From the IMG/VR virus record IMGVR_UViG_3300045988_117195, positions 31,385 to 95,384 of that record: a stretch of 64,000 bases of DNA; one strand, given 5' to 3'. Positions 1 to 10,032 of the stretch are shown here, piece after piece. The notes beneath the pieces were generated by a model, which was not told where the DNA came from, searched no databases, and worked only from the letters and a program-made list of their open reading frames with translations. Each line of letters starts with the position of its first letter. The first letter of the stretch is position 1. Position numbers and translations under genes: made by a program. The stretch comes from a virus.

Positions 1-17
1 TTGATTATGAGTCGGCA

Positions 18-3000
18 ATGGAAGATCTTTTGTCTGCACCTATAGAGGTTAAAGAACGTATCGTAGATAAGATATATACAGGTAATCAAGATCTTTTATC
101 TCCAAGGGAGAAGGAGATATATGAAAAGTATAAACAGGATATTGATGATTATATATCAAATCTTGGTGATAGTCCGGCTAAGATGATAAAAGATTTATCA
201 GATAAAGTTAGGAGGCTTACTGAACCTCGATCTGTGTATGAGGATAATAAAGCTATTATTGATATGGCTAAATCCAATTTAGAACCAGATCAAAGGAAGG
301 AACTTGATGATGCTATTTCTTCGTATGTTGATATAATGAACAGACGGGATAAAGGGGAGAAGGTTGACGAAGATAAGCTTGCTGATTCGGTATTTACCAT
401 AGAAGATCTTGGTCAGGTTGGAAACATCACAGATCTCCTTCCTTATATTGAACAAAACAGGATTATTGACAAAGGTCGTATTTCCGAATCTACGTTAAGT
501 AATTTTGGGGAGGATGATGCTAATATAGATTCTCTTGTAAATGAATTAGACGAATCTGATAATACACCTGGAACTAACATAGATAGTGCCCAGAATCCAG
601 AGATGTTGATGGTAAGAAGAATCTCCAATGATGGCAACGAAAGGTATGAAATTGCGGGTCTTAGAGCTGATAAATTTATATCTTCTATAAAATCATTGGT
701 TCCTATTCAAATAAGCTCTGAAACGAACGCTAATGGGACTAAAAGGTATTTCCTTAACATAGGTGGAGAAACAGCTACCGTGATAGAACGTCCTTATCAT
801 GCGAGATGGTCTATAGACAAAGAATCGGCTCGTGTTCTCAACCGTTACACAGATGTGTCTATTCAGGACGTGGGTAATTCATATTCTTTGGTTTATAAGC
901 GTCTTGATTCAGATGAGTTGGTTCCGTACAGAACAGGTGTTGGGTTCGGAGAGAATGAGGTAGATAAAATAGATCAGGAAGCATTATCTTCTTTGAAGAA
1001 AGGAGATAAGGTTAATCTCGAAATAGATGCAAATGATACCTATAATCAGTCTCTTTTTACCGAATACAATGACGCTGTTCAGTCCGGCGATAAAAAAAGA
1101 ATAGAATCTGCTGAGAATAAACTGGTGTCCAATATGGTTATCAAGGTCATGAGTGGGAACAGATTCGTTTCTGTTGTAAAAGCTGATACAGGAGGCATAG
1201 ATGGTATAAGTAAAATAAGAAGAACGGCTTTTAACAACTGGAAGAAGGACGCCGGCCGGTCGGCTACCATCGGCGTCGGCACGCATGTTGTTGCCCAGAC
1301 CCTTCCTGGAAGACCGGTGTTTAACATGAGAGTAAACGGTCAAGGATATGGTCAGGTAGAAAATCTACCTATTACCGAAAAAGGAGCTGAAAAAGTATCT
1401 GATGTGGGGTATGTCTTAAATGGCAAAGTCGTGCTTAAGAACGGTTCTAAATACACAGGATTCCCATTTGCTTATTCTATATTAAACGATAAGAAAAACA
1501 ATTACAAAAATGTAAGAGTTCCGGTAGTCGTTATCAAGGGTAAGAATGGTCTTAATTATCTTTTCCCGGTTAGTCTACGTTCTGTGGAATCAGAGGAAGG
1601 AAAGAAATGGATGTCTTTTATAGATATGCTGCTTGAATCTGGTGATTCTGAATTGCTACAGATGGGTCAAGATGACATACAAGATCTTAATGCGTATCTG
1701 ACCAAGTTAGGTCTTGATCCAGCTTCGTATCAAGTATCGTATTTGAATCCTATTTCAGGTCTTAGAAAAGCTCGTGAGGCTATAGAAAAATTATCTACAG
1801 TTCCTGATGTTGTTAAGTGGGTAGAAGATGAAAGTAGGAGTGTGAAAGACATTGTGACGTCTGAGGTAGAATCTGGAATAGATTTCGAAGGTGAGATGTT
1901 TGTTGCTCCTAAGATCAGGATTCAGTTTGGTAAATCATCTTCCAGACCTAAATCACTTATAGAAGATGATCTCCCTTTCTCCGATGAGGGTAAGACCGTT
2001 ACTTCCAAGGAAGATGTGGATATTTACGAAGAGGAAATGCCAGAGGAAGAGCCTGTCCAGGCGACTCAGCCGACGCCATCAACTCAGCCGGCTCCTGCGG
2101 CACAAGCTGCGCAGTCTTTACCTGGCAAGAAGCGTACCTCCAGGAAAAACTTCTCTCTTATGTTAAACGAAATAGAATCTCATATAGAAAAAGAAGGATT
2201 GCCGCCTTATGCTAATATTTTTGATTTTATAGCAAGGAAGATTGTAGGAGGCGATTTGAGGTTTCTTCGTGATAGAGGTAATCCAAAAAGTCTTAAGGAG
2301 GAAATGGGATTAGAACCTAAAGGAACAGTAGGTGATAAAATATCCACTCCTTCTAAAAAGGGAGGTAAGACCTTAGATGAATACGTTTCTTGGCTTCGTT
2401 CTCAAACGGATCAGGTAGTAGCGGATTATGTTGGGCCAAGATCTGACGAACAAATTATATCAGAGTTGAAAAACTTTTTGAAATATATTAATTTTGTTCC
2501 AAGCAAGGCTTTGAATTATTCTCTTAGAGTCAATGGTATGGATACCCTAAAAGAATATGGCACAAAAGAGGAAGTAGAAAAAATGGAATCTGACATCAAT
2601 AGTTTGGTTTCTGAAGTTTTGCCTACGGTAGATAATCAAACTGTAGAAGATGTTTCTACTGCAATAGAATCAAATAACTTGCCTGCCATATGGGAGCCTA
2701 TGGAAAGCCTTGATATGACAAACGAGGAAAAAATAGAGTTTTTGAATAACGTAGCAGATTTCCTTAGTGGCATTCCAGAGTATGATGCTGTTGTGGAGTC
2801 TATAGAGTCAGAATCAGATAATATTTTAAATAATGGAAAAGAAGGAAGTGCAGAAGGCGGTGCAGTACGCACTGAGGAAGATGGCGATAAAAAGGGAGAT
2901 GGAGAAGGCAAAGGACAATCCAGAACAAATGTCGAAGTTAAAGGAAATGTCGAATTACCTGGATCTCAAGAAGGAAGAGTAGATAACTATAGAAAGAACG

Positions 3001-3758
3001 GAGATAAGTTCTCTGACATTGCTGAAGTTACTTTATGGCTACTTAGAAGGGCTTCCGGCATAACCTCTATTCCGGAAGGAGAAGAGGTTTATGTAGAGGG
3101 AGATGAGGTTAATAGCATTATGACCGATATGGAATCAAGGTACGGGATAGACACCATCAACCACTCGCATACGACTAAGGCTATAAGGGATCTTAACGGC
3201 GTGTCGGGTTATAAAGTAGAATACGGCTTAACCTTTTTGACATACGATCCTTTTATTAGAATATCCAATCCAAGGAAAGAATCTAAGGCTGAGAAAGATG
3301 AGCTTCGTATATCCGAAGAGCCGCTTACTCACATATCAAGGGTAACAACCCCTTATTTCCTGTACGGCGGTGATGAAGCATATACATCTGTTCCGGCTAA
3401 GGTAGAGCCTATACCGGAGAAGATAATGGGTCGTAATGGTATTAAATTTGGTATGAGTGTAACTGAGCTAACCAAATTAGGGTACAAAAAAGCTGGTGGA
3501 AACTGGATATATAAATTCTATATGAACTCAGGTGTGTATGATTTGTATAATATCAGTACCGGTGAAGCGTTTAGGGCGAAACCGGATCTTGGAGTTAAGA
3601 TAAGCTCCAGCGCATTCATCCGCTCTTTATCTCAATCTGGTAGAAAAATACAAAATATGATGAGCAACATGAGCCAGGAAGAGATAGATAGGAATAAGAA
3701 TCTTGTAGAAGGTTCTGATAATTCGGATTCGATAAATGAGTTAAATAAAGAGTGTTGA
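18..3758 (+). CDS. large (1246 aa) probable virion-associated protein, function unknown; frame is open to window start so may be 5'-truncated
   Basis: Long uninterrupted ORF in plus-strand block; Pro/Thr/Gln-rich linker (PTPSTQPAPAAQAAQ); no catalytic motif recognised. Confidence 0.6.
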   Translation: MEDLLSAPIEVKERIVDKIYTGNQDLLSPREKEIYEKYKQDIDDYISNLGDSPAKMIKDLSDKVRRLTEPRSVYEDNKAIIDMAKSNLEPDQRKELDDAISSYVDIMNRRDKGEKVDEDKLADSVFTIEDLGQVGNITDLLPYIEQNRIIDKGRISESTLSNFGEDDANIDSLVNELDESDNTPGTNIDSAQNPEMLMVRRISNDGNERYEIAGLRADKFISSIKSLVPIQISSETNANGTKRYFLNIGGETATVIERPYHARWSIDKESARVLNRYTDVSIQDVGNSYSLVYKRLDSDELVPYRTGVGFGENEVDKIDQEALSSLKKGDKVNLEIDANDTYNQSLFTEYNDAVQSGDKKRIESAENKLVSNMVIKVMSGNRFVSVVKADTGGIDGISKIRRTAFNNWKKDAGRSATIGVGTHVVAQTLPGRPVFNMRVNGQGYGQVENLPITEKGAEKVSDVGYVLNGKVVLKNGSKYTGFPFAYSILNDKKNNYKNVRVPVVVIKGKNGLNYLFPVSLRSVESEEGKKWMSFIDMLLESGDSELLQMGQDDIQDLNAYLTKLGLDPASYQVSYLNPISGLRKAREAIEKLSTVPDVVKWVEDESRSVKDIVTSEVESGIDFEGEMFVAPKIRIQFGKSSSRPKSLIEDDLPFSDEGKTVTSKEDVDIYEEEMPEEEPVQATQPTPSTQPAPAAQAAQSLPGKKRTSRKNFSLMLNEIESHIEKEGLPPYANIFDFIARKIVGGDLRFLRDRGNPKSLKEEMGLEPKGTVGDKISTPSKKGGKTLDEYVSWLRSQTDQVVADYVGPRSDEQIISELKNFLKYINFVPSKALNYSLRVNGMDTLKEYGTKEEVEKMESDINSLVSEVLPTVDNQTVEDVSTAIESNNLPAIWEPMESLDMTNEEKIEFLNNVADFLSGIPEYDAVVESIESESDNILNNGKEGSAEGGAVRTEEDGDKKGDGEGKGQSRTNVEVKGNVELPGSQEGRVDNYRKNGDKFSDIAEVTLWLLRRASGITSIPEGEEVYVEGDEVNSIMTDMESRYGIDTINHSHTTKAIRDLNGVSGYKVEYGLTFLTYDPFIRISNPRKESKAEKDELRISEEPLTHISRVTTPYFLYGGDEAYTSVPAKVEPIPEKIMGRNGIKFGMSVTELTKLGYKKAGGNWIYKFYMNSGVYDLYNISTGEAFRAKPDLGVKISSSAFIRSLSQSGRKIQNMMSNMSQEEIDRNKNLVEGSDNSDSINELNKEC

Positions 3759-3760
3759 GT

Positions 3761-4339
3761 ATGAGAAGGAGATATGAAGATGTTTCAGGTCTTGTTCAGT
3801 ATCAGTTGAAGACCAATCAGCAGGGGAATATAGAGGTTTATGTTGATGACGGGTTTGTTGGAAACGTAAGTGAAGGAGTCTGTAATTGGAAGGATGTTGA
3901 ATACAAGAGTAAGGTTACTATATCTTTGAAAGGAGTCGAGAATAAGGCTAAAACTTCAAGTAAAAGAGTCGGTCCCTATTGTCACATTTATAGCATATTT
4001 GGAGGAAATGAATCTTATCATGAAGGTCCGGATAGTAATATAAAAAAGAGTCCGGTTACCACCTTTATAATGTATTGTTATAAAAATGGGGATATTACAA
4101 CTACCACCACTTATACTAAAAATTTATCTGGAACTCTTCAGATAGGTAAAACACAATTGACTATCAATTACAAACAAAGTAAAAGTCAGTCTTTTTCTGG
4201 TGGTGATAAAGATTATGTAACATCCGTATCTGATTTCCCTTTTGTTACTGGTCCAGGAGATAATAGCGTTGAGTTTGAAGGAGAGGGAAGATTAATAGTT
4301 GAAACAAAGGCTTCGCATTATGAAATAGAAGTTTCATAA
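3761..4339 (+). CDS. hypothetical protein, cassette gene 1 (N-terminus MRRRY; ORF track uses GTG at 3752)
   Basis: ORF with AAGGAG-like SD inside duplicated junction; Thr/Ser-rich. Confidence 0.5.
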   Translation: MRRRYEDVSGLVQYQLKTNQQGNIEVYVDDGFVGNVSEGVCNWKDVEYKSKVTISLKGVENKAKTSSKRVGPYCHIYSIFGGNESYHEGPDSNIKKSPVTTFIMYCYKNGDITTTTTYTKNLSGTLQIGKTQLTINYKQSKSQSFSGGDKDYVTSVSDFPFVTGPGDNSVEFEGEGRLIVETKASHYEIEVS

Positions 4340-4472
4340 TTTCTATTTTTATAGTATTTTGTCTAAAATATTTATCACTATGGGTGTCAAATGTCAGATA
4401 GAAAAATAAGAATCTCGTAGAAGGTTCTGATAATTCGGATTCGATAAATAAGTTAAACAAGGAGTGTTGAGT

Positions 4473-5003
4473 ATGAGAAGGAGATTTTTTAATGCTGCGG
4501 ATAATTTCGTGGGAGGATGTTATAATAAGTTATCTAATGAGGATATAAAAAGGCTTGGAGGAAAAAGATCTTATGTATGTCAGTTTAATAAAATTCATAT
4601 ACATATAGGACCTGTATTAAAAGATAATGATTCCGAAGAAAGTTATATAATGTTTAATAGTGATTGGAATCATGGTGGTTATGAATCTATAGTTTATCAC
4701 CATAGTAATAATGGTATTTTTATATTAGGTGAAAATAAAATTGGTAATATAGAAGATCATATACAGGATCTAACATATTGGTACGAATATGATCCAAACA
4801 TTAATGAAAATTATTGTTATTGTTATTATGAAGCTGATAACAGCGGAAATGCTATTAAGTTGAGCCGTGAGTTTGGTGATGTTTGCACTGTTTTTAATAT
4901 TCCCAGTTTGAAAGTTACTACTCTTCGTGATGGCGGTTTAAGTTTTCCAGAGATTTATATAGAAGGAGTTTGGGATCCGTTATTGTATAAGTCGGTTTTA
5001 TAA
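4473..5003 (+). CDS. hypothetical protein, cassette gene 2 (N-terminus MRRRF; unrelated body)
   Basis: ORF preceded by the duplicated junction with the same SD/start context as cassette gene 1. Confidence 0.5.
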   Translation: MRRRFFNAADNFVGGCYNKLSNEDIKRLGGKRSYVCQFNKIHIHIGPVLKDNDSEESYIMFNSDWNHGGYESIVYHHSNNGIFILGENKIGNIEDHIQDLTYWYEYDPNINENYCYCYYEADNSGNAIKLSREFGDVCTVFNIPSLKVTTLRDGGLSFPEIYIEGVWDPLLYKSVL

Positions 5004-5029
5004 TTAACTTTGCAAAAAAGTTAATCATT

Positions 5030-7288
5030 ATGGGTGTCAAATGTCAGATAGAAAAAAAGGAAAATGAAATAAAACGGGTTAAGGCTCCTAACGGGGAGCC
5101 TTCCGTTCTTTACGAAAGTGCCTTAAAATTATTAGGAAACAGCGAGCGGGCCCTTCAGGTATGGGCTAAGGCTTACACTCCTGGTTTTTTGTCGTATTAC
5201 GGTCATTGGAATAACCCGGCTCCAGGGGAGATGTTTAATACCGATTCCAATGGTGAACCTCTTTTAGAAGACGTGCTGTCGTATATGAAGCGTCAAACTT
5301 ATTTTGCCGATCCTCTAACGGATCAGGATGTTAAGGATGTAAGAGATTTTCTTTTATCTACCTATGGTGTTTATACGGCACCATCATTATCCAACATCAT
5401 TCTTCATTATTTTTATGTAGATGGTAGTTTGATACTGAATGAGCAGAATTTAAGAAGATCAGGCTTGTATAATGAAACAGAGATAAGTAGAATCTTATCT
5501 GATCCTTCTGTTCTTAATGAAGTTTCGACATCCATGAGGAAGTTATTGGATTATTCCAATAACGAACATGATAGGGAAAAAGATAATTATTTTATGTCTG
5601 TTGACTATCAGTATGGTCCTATTGTTTACAAGGAGGGAGTGTTTAACCAATTTGGTAAAAAAGTACCATATAATCCTTCTGAGCTTTATTATGCTATGCG
5701 TAAAACAGTAGCCGGCATAAAAAAATTTTCTGAATTTTCATCTGCTTTTGAATCGTTGAGAAACTCATATCCTGAACTGGTTGAGAAATTTGTTTCTGAT
5801 AAAGAATTTGCCGAATCTATGTTTGATGAGTTTTTATCTACGAATAAGATTCCGGTAATAAACATAGAAGGGGATGATGTGGTAGAAGGCAAGAGAAGAT
5901 CCTTGTCTAAGCTACAAGATCTGTCTTATTACAATCCTGGCAAAATAGAGTTCCTAAGAGCTCGTATATCAGCTTATTTAAATAGGGCTAACGCTGACAC
6001 CGAATCTGATTTAAGAAGCATGATATGGGATATAGAAGAGGCTTGTACGTGGTTTGGCATAGATATAATAGGGGCGTCAGAAACTTATGATGGCACAGAA
6101 GAATCTTTGAATAAGATAGATAATTTGATGCTGGATCTTGATATTTATGTGGCCAGGCACAATGATGTAAATTATGCTCCTACGTTGGCATCTTCTATTG
6201 ATGATGTTCTTGGTGATAGTACAGACTATTATTTTGGATTATTGCCGGAGTATATGGATAATTTGAATATCGTTTATTCTGAATCAAATATAGACCCAGT
6301 AGAAGCATTTGAGAAACATTCATTGCTTAAGGTAGGAGATAATCTATATCAAAGGATCAGCAAAGATGATCTTAACGAGATGTATCAAATATCAACAGTG
6401 TTAGCCAAGCACAACCTAACTCACTTTCCTGCTAAAATATATCCTGAATCTTGTTTTAAGAACGGCGTTTTGGATAAAGAGAAAGTACGGAACGTAGATA
6501 ATAATACGCTCATGGATTCCATTAAAAAATACGTCAGATCGTTCATGGATTCTCAGAACACGGAGGACATGATAATGACCAGGATGGCGTTTGGGCACCC
6601 GGCGGTACTTGATGTTTCTTACGCGGATGTGGATCGGGAATTTAGTCGGTACATGAACAAAAAACAAGATAGCGAAAACCCATTATCCTTATTCGATTTA
6701 TACCAATATTACCTTGACAACAAACTCCATAAAACAAAATTATATGATAATGCCTATAAGTATCTTGACTTCAAATCTGGTCCATCTTTGGGTCTTATTT
6801 CTGATGATCCTGATATTTTGAAATCAATAGAATTATCTTTATCTGGAAAAGACAGGTTGATGTTGTTTGATTATAGCATGACCAGCACCGACCCTTTTTT
6901 ATCAAAATTGTTTTATTTGGATAGGTATGACCCTTCGTATGCCGAGAATGATTTTGAACACTATTTTTACACCAGGCACCCGTATCTGTTAAAAGAAAAA
7001 TCGGGCCCTAATATCGTAGAGCAAGATGGTGTTATAACAGCCGAAGGTATTTATGATAATTTTATAAGAGTAGGTAATAAGATATGGTCTAAAGTAAGCG
7101 AAAGTAGTTCCGGCTCTATCTACCAAAATCTGACAGGGACCGAATCGGAGGTGAAATACGATTCTACCCAGAAGGCTAAGACAGTAGAAACCGATTACGC
7201 TCCATACCAAAACAGATCTGGCTTGACGCAAGATATGACCATAAGCAAGTCTGAATTGGATGATCTTAACAAATTAGAATGCAAATAA
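5030..7288 (+). CDS. hypothetical 752-aa protein (probable structural/virion protein)
   Basis: Long ORF in plus block; no recognisable motif. Confidence 0.6.
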   Translation: MGVKCQIEKKENEIKRVKAPNGEPSVLYESALKLLGNSERALQVWAKAYTPGFLSYYGHWNNPAPGEMFNTDSNGEPLLEDVLSYMKRQTYFADPLTDQDVKDVRDFLLSTYGVYTAPSLSNIILHYFYVDGSLILNEQNLRRSGLYNETEISRILSDPSVLNEVSTSMRKLLDYSNNEHDREKDNYFMSVDYQYGPIVYKEGVFNQFGKKVPYNPSELYYAMRKTVAGIKKFSEFSSAFESLRNSYPELVEKFVSDKEFAESMFDEFLSTNKIPVINIEGDDVVEGKRRSLSKLQDLSYYNPGKIEFLRARISAYLNRANADTESDLRSMIWDIEEACTWFGIDIIGASETYDGTEESLNKIDNLMLDLDIYVARHNDVNYAPTLASSIDDVLGDSTDYYFGLLPEYMDNLNIVYSESNIDPVEAFEKHSLLKVGDNLYQRISKDDLNEMYQISTVLAKHNLTHFPAKIYPESCFKNGVLDKEKVRNVDNNTLMDSIKKYVRSFMDSQNTEDMIMTRMAFGHPAVLDVSYADVDREFSRYMNKKQDSENPLSLFDLYQYYLDNKLHKTKLYDNAYKYLDFKSGPSLGLISDDPDILKSIELSLSGKDRLMLFDYSMTSTDPFLSKLFYLDRYDPSYAENDFEHYFYTRHPYLLKEKSGPNIVEQDGVITAEGIYDNFIRVGNKIWSKVSESSSGSIYQNLTGTESEVKYDSTQKAKTVETDYAPYQNRSGLTQDMTISKSELDDLNKLECK

Positions 7289-7333
7289 TTTTTGTATATA
7301 TATAATATAGTTTTTTCATAGTTATAATTTGGG

Positions 7334-7366
7334 AAGTGAGGCTTGTGAAAGTCTCACTTTTCTTAT
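7334..7366 (+). terminator. rho-independent terminator (11-bp stem with one G.U, GTGA GNRA loop, T-tract)
   Basis: aagtgaggctt-gtga-aagtctcactt then ttcttatat, 45 nt after stop of 752-aa gene. Confidence 0.5.
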
Positions 7367-7786
7367 ATATGCACGTATATCAATAACATACAAGAAAAGT
7401 TAGATTTTCGTTGTTTATGAATTATTTTTATTAAGTTTGCAATATTAGTTTCAGGAAGGGATTATAGAAAATAGGGAAGGTAAGAACAGAACGTAACTAA
7501 TAACGGTAGGAAATGAGAATCAGTACCATCAAACGTAATAACAGCATTCATCTTATGTATAAAAACATTATGAATGATTTAGGTCAATTAAGAACTGTAG
7601 TTTCAAAATCCTATATTTATAATCTGATACGAAATCAAACCGGATTAAGTATCAGAACTATATCCCATGTCTTGAATCACACAAAAGAACAGGATACAGA
7701 TTCTTTGTGAAAAGCGTACATTTTCATACATTTGTGTATTCTTTAGTTTTTAGATTTAAGTTTTTTCATGGTATTAGTTTAGAGAT

Positions 7787-7822
7787 CAGGGCTCGCAGTG
7801 ATGCGGGCCCTGGTTTGATTTA
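7787..7822 (+). terminator. hairpin terminator-like element (11-bp stem, GTGA loop, T-tract) inside 690-bp non-coding region
   Basis: cagggctcgca-gtga-tgcgggccctg followed by gtttgattt. Confidence 0.45.
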
Positions 7823-8035
7823 CAGCGCTTTACCCAAAATGGGAAAAGCGTAAGTTTCTGATTATCAGTTTTTCACCTTAAATGGGGAAAATTAATTATT
7901 GTGTATTATACTTCCGTTTTTGCTGAAAATACTTCTCTTCTATAGGAAATAAACACACCTGTATTCCACCCTGCAATCATGATCTTTGTTACGTGCTTCA
8001 TGCACGTATGTTTAACAATTAAATACTATAAAATT

Positions 8036-9043
8036 ATGGGTGGTGATAAAATCGTCCTTTTAGATGGAGCCGGGGCTAACGGTGGTGGTGCAGCCACTAA
8101 CGGTCTTCTTTCAATGATTCCCGGCATGTTTGCTAATTTGATAGGTGGTAATAAAATGGATCCGAATCTGGTAGCGGCTTTGATGAACGGTCGTAACAAC
8201 CAGGACGGTTTCGGTGGGGCTAACGGTTGGTGGCTCTGGATAATTGTTTTGTTCTGGCTGTGGGGTGGACGCGGCTTCGGTAACGGTTTTGGAAATGGTG
8301 GTGATTGTTGCGCCAATGGTTTGCCGGCTCAGTTGAATAACGATTACGGTCGTGAACTTTTGATGCAGGCAATTCAAGGTAATCGTAGTGCCATAGATCA
8401 GATCGCTTCTGCTTTGAACTGTTCTACTACTCAACTTCAGAACGCTATCTGCAACGTACAGGGTGCTATTGATAAAGTAGCTGGTCAGGTAGGTATGACT
8501 TCTCAGGCTGTTATCAACGCAGTTCAACAACAAGGTTGTGAAATAGGAAATCAAATCAGCTCTTGCTGCTGCAATCTGAGTTCGTTGATCAATCAAAGCA
8601 CTTGCCAGACTCAGGGAATGATTACTCAGCAAGGTTTTGATAACCAGCTTCGCACGTTGGAACAAACCAATATCTTGCAGAACGGTCTCAACCAAGGTCT
8701 GGCTAACAATCGTGAGCAAGCTACAAGCCAATTCAATATCTTGTCTGCGAAACTTGACGCTCAAACCGTTATGATCAACGACAAATTCTGTCAGTTGGAA
8801 ATGAGGGAGATGCAGAACACTATTGCTCAACTTCGTGAAGAAAAAGCGGCTTTGACAGCTTCGGCATTATCTCAGCAACAAACCCAGAATATCGTTGGTC
8901 AATTACGCCCGACGGCCGTCCCAGCCTACCCCTCTTGTTCTCCTTACCAGGCTTATTCTTGGGGACAGGTATTCGGAGGAGGTTACTGCAATAACGGATG
9001 TGGATGTAACAACGGATGTTGCAATAACAACGCTGCTGTCTGA
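8036..9043 (+). CDS. Gly-rich, Trp-rich transmembrane, coiled-coil protein with Cys-rich C-terminus (GYCNNGCGCNNGCCNNN); function unknown
   Basis: ORF 7979-9043, likely start at MGGDK (8036); GFGNGFGNGG repeats; hydrophobic WWLWIIVLFWLW; Q/N-rich heptads; terminal CxxC-like clusters. Confidence 0.55.
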   Translation: MGGDKIVLLDGAGANGGGAATNGLLSMIPGMFANLIGGNKMDPNLVAALMNGRNNQDGFGGANGWWLWIIVLFWLWGGRGFGNGFGNGGDCCANGLPAQLNNDYGRELLMQAIQGNRSAIDQIASALNCSTTQLQNAICNVQGAIDKVAGQVGMTSQAVINAVQQQGCEIGNQISSCCCNLSSLINQSTCQTQGMITQQGFDNQLRTLEQTNILQNGLNQGLANNREQATSQFNILSAKLDAQTVMINDKFCQLEMREMQNTIAQLREEKAALTASALSQQQTQNIVGQLRPTAVPAYPSCSPYQAYSWGQVFGGGYCNNGCGCNNGCCNNNAAV

Positions 9044-9066
9044 TTTTATTAAGAGAGGAGGCTAAT

Positions 9067-9480
9067 ATGGCTTGTGTTTCTAAAATAGGATCGTTGTATG
9101 AGATGGTTACGAAGAATGTTATTGTCAGTACGACAAATACAATCTTCGGTATTAACCCACGGGCTTGGATCGCCCTTCCGTGTGAGGGTCTTATCCTTCT
9201 TAAGATAAGGCAAGTAGTCCCCACAGCCGGAAGTGCTCTACCGGTACAGATTGCGGTCCCGGCAAACAGCACAGTTTCAACAGTAGGAGCCGACACCTGT
9301 TGCTCGGTTACGGGAGTGAATGTCGTGAACCCTATTAACGTAGCTGTAACGGGTGCTGCTATGGTAAATGGCACAGAACGCCTTCTGTACTTCAATAAAG
9401 TTCGTGGCGTGTTAAGATTAATGGATTGCTGTGTTCCAGTAGCGGCAGCCCAGGCGTCTGAAGTTAAAGCAGGTAAATGA
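9067..9480 (+). CDS. hypothetical protein (Val/Thr-rich)
   Basis: ORF with strong SD agaggagg 7 nt upstream of ATG. Confidence 0.5.
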   Translation: MACVSKIGSLYEMVTKNVIVSTTNTIFGINPRAWIALPCEGLILLKIRQVVPTAGSALPVQIAVPANSTVSTVGADTCCSVTGVNVVNPINVAVTGAAMVNGTERLLYFNKVRGVLRLMDCCVPVAAAQASEVKAGK

Positions 9481-9530
9481 TTTCAGTAGGGTGATGGAGA
9501 TCATCACCCTATTTTCACCTAAATAATATT

Positions 9531-10025
9531 TTGATCATGTTTTCAGATTTGAAGAAGGGGTTTCAGGTACATACCCTTGATACTAATACAGTACCTAAAT
9601 ACGAATTGGGAAAGGTAGTAGCCGTATCCGAACCCAGGTATCTTCCTCCTCAGCCGGGTCAGTATCAGGCGATGCAGACCCGCGTGGTGGATCTGACGGT
9701 AGAGCTCACTGGCGAAACCAAGACCTATACGGTTCCGGAATCCCAGAATGTGGCTAAGGCTATGGGTATAACATTATCTACCAGCATAGATCCGATTATG
9801 AACGAACTGAATGCTATAAAAAGCACCAGTCAAGACATAATAGACAGCGTAGATACCCATCGTGCCAAGATAGAGGCTTGTGAATCTATATTAGAAGACA
9901 TCAATCCGGCATTCAAACAAACGAGAGAGCAGGATCGTAAAATAGCTGGTATAGAAAATAAGGTGAATGACCTTACTGATTCATTCGAAGATTTAAAGAA
10001 GTTAATTGTAGAACGTTTGAAATAA
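9531..10025 (+). CDS. hypothetical coiled-coil protein
   Basis: ORF in plus block. Confidence 0.5.
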   Translation: MIMFSDLKKGFQVHTLDTNTVPKYELGKVVAVSEPRYLPPQPGQYQAMQTRVVDLTVELTGETKTYTVPESQNVAKAMGITLSTSIDPIMNELNAIKSTSQDIIDSVDTHRAKIEACESILEDINPAFKQTREQDRKIAGIENKVNDLTDSFEDLKKLIVERLK

Positions 10026-10032
10026 GTATAAT

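Larger units (their letters stand above)
3703..5057. repeat. tandem duplication of gene-junction sequences flanking two unrelated small genes (R1 3703-3774 ~ 4415-4485; R2 4374-4407 ~ 5024-5057)
   Basis: About 71-bp copy of the 3' end of the 1246-aa gene plus start of the next gene recurs at 4415-4485 (3 mismatches); 34-bp copy of the start of the 752-aa gene (atcaytatgggtgtcaaatgtcagatagaaaaa) recurs at 4374-4407. Confidence 0.8.

Noticed and set aside
7513-7710. 65-aa ORF in the 750-bp intergenic island
   Set aside because: Low-complexity Asn/Ile-rich translation, no start context; region better explained as structured non-coding DNA.
8111-8830. 239-aa minus-strand ORF inside the Gly-rich gene (also 8026-8316, 8820-9395 minus)
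   Set aside because: Antisense shadow ORFs of a repetitive Gly/Gln-rich coding region; they lie on the strand opposite the co-directional gene block.
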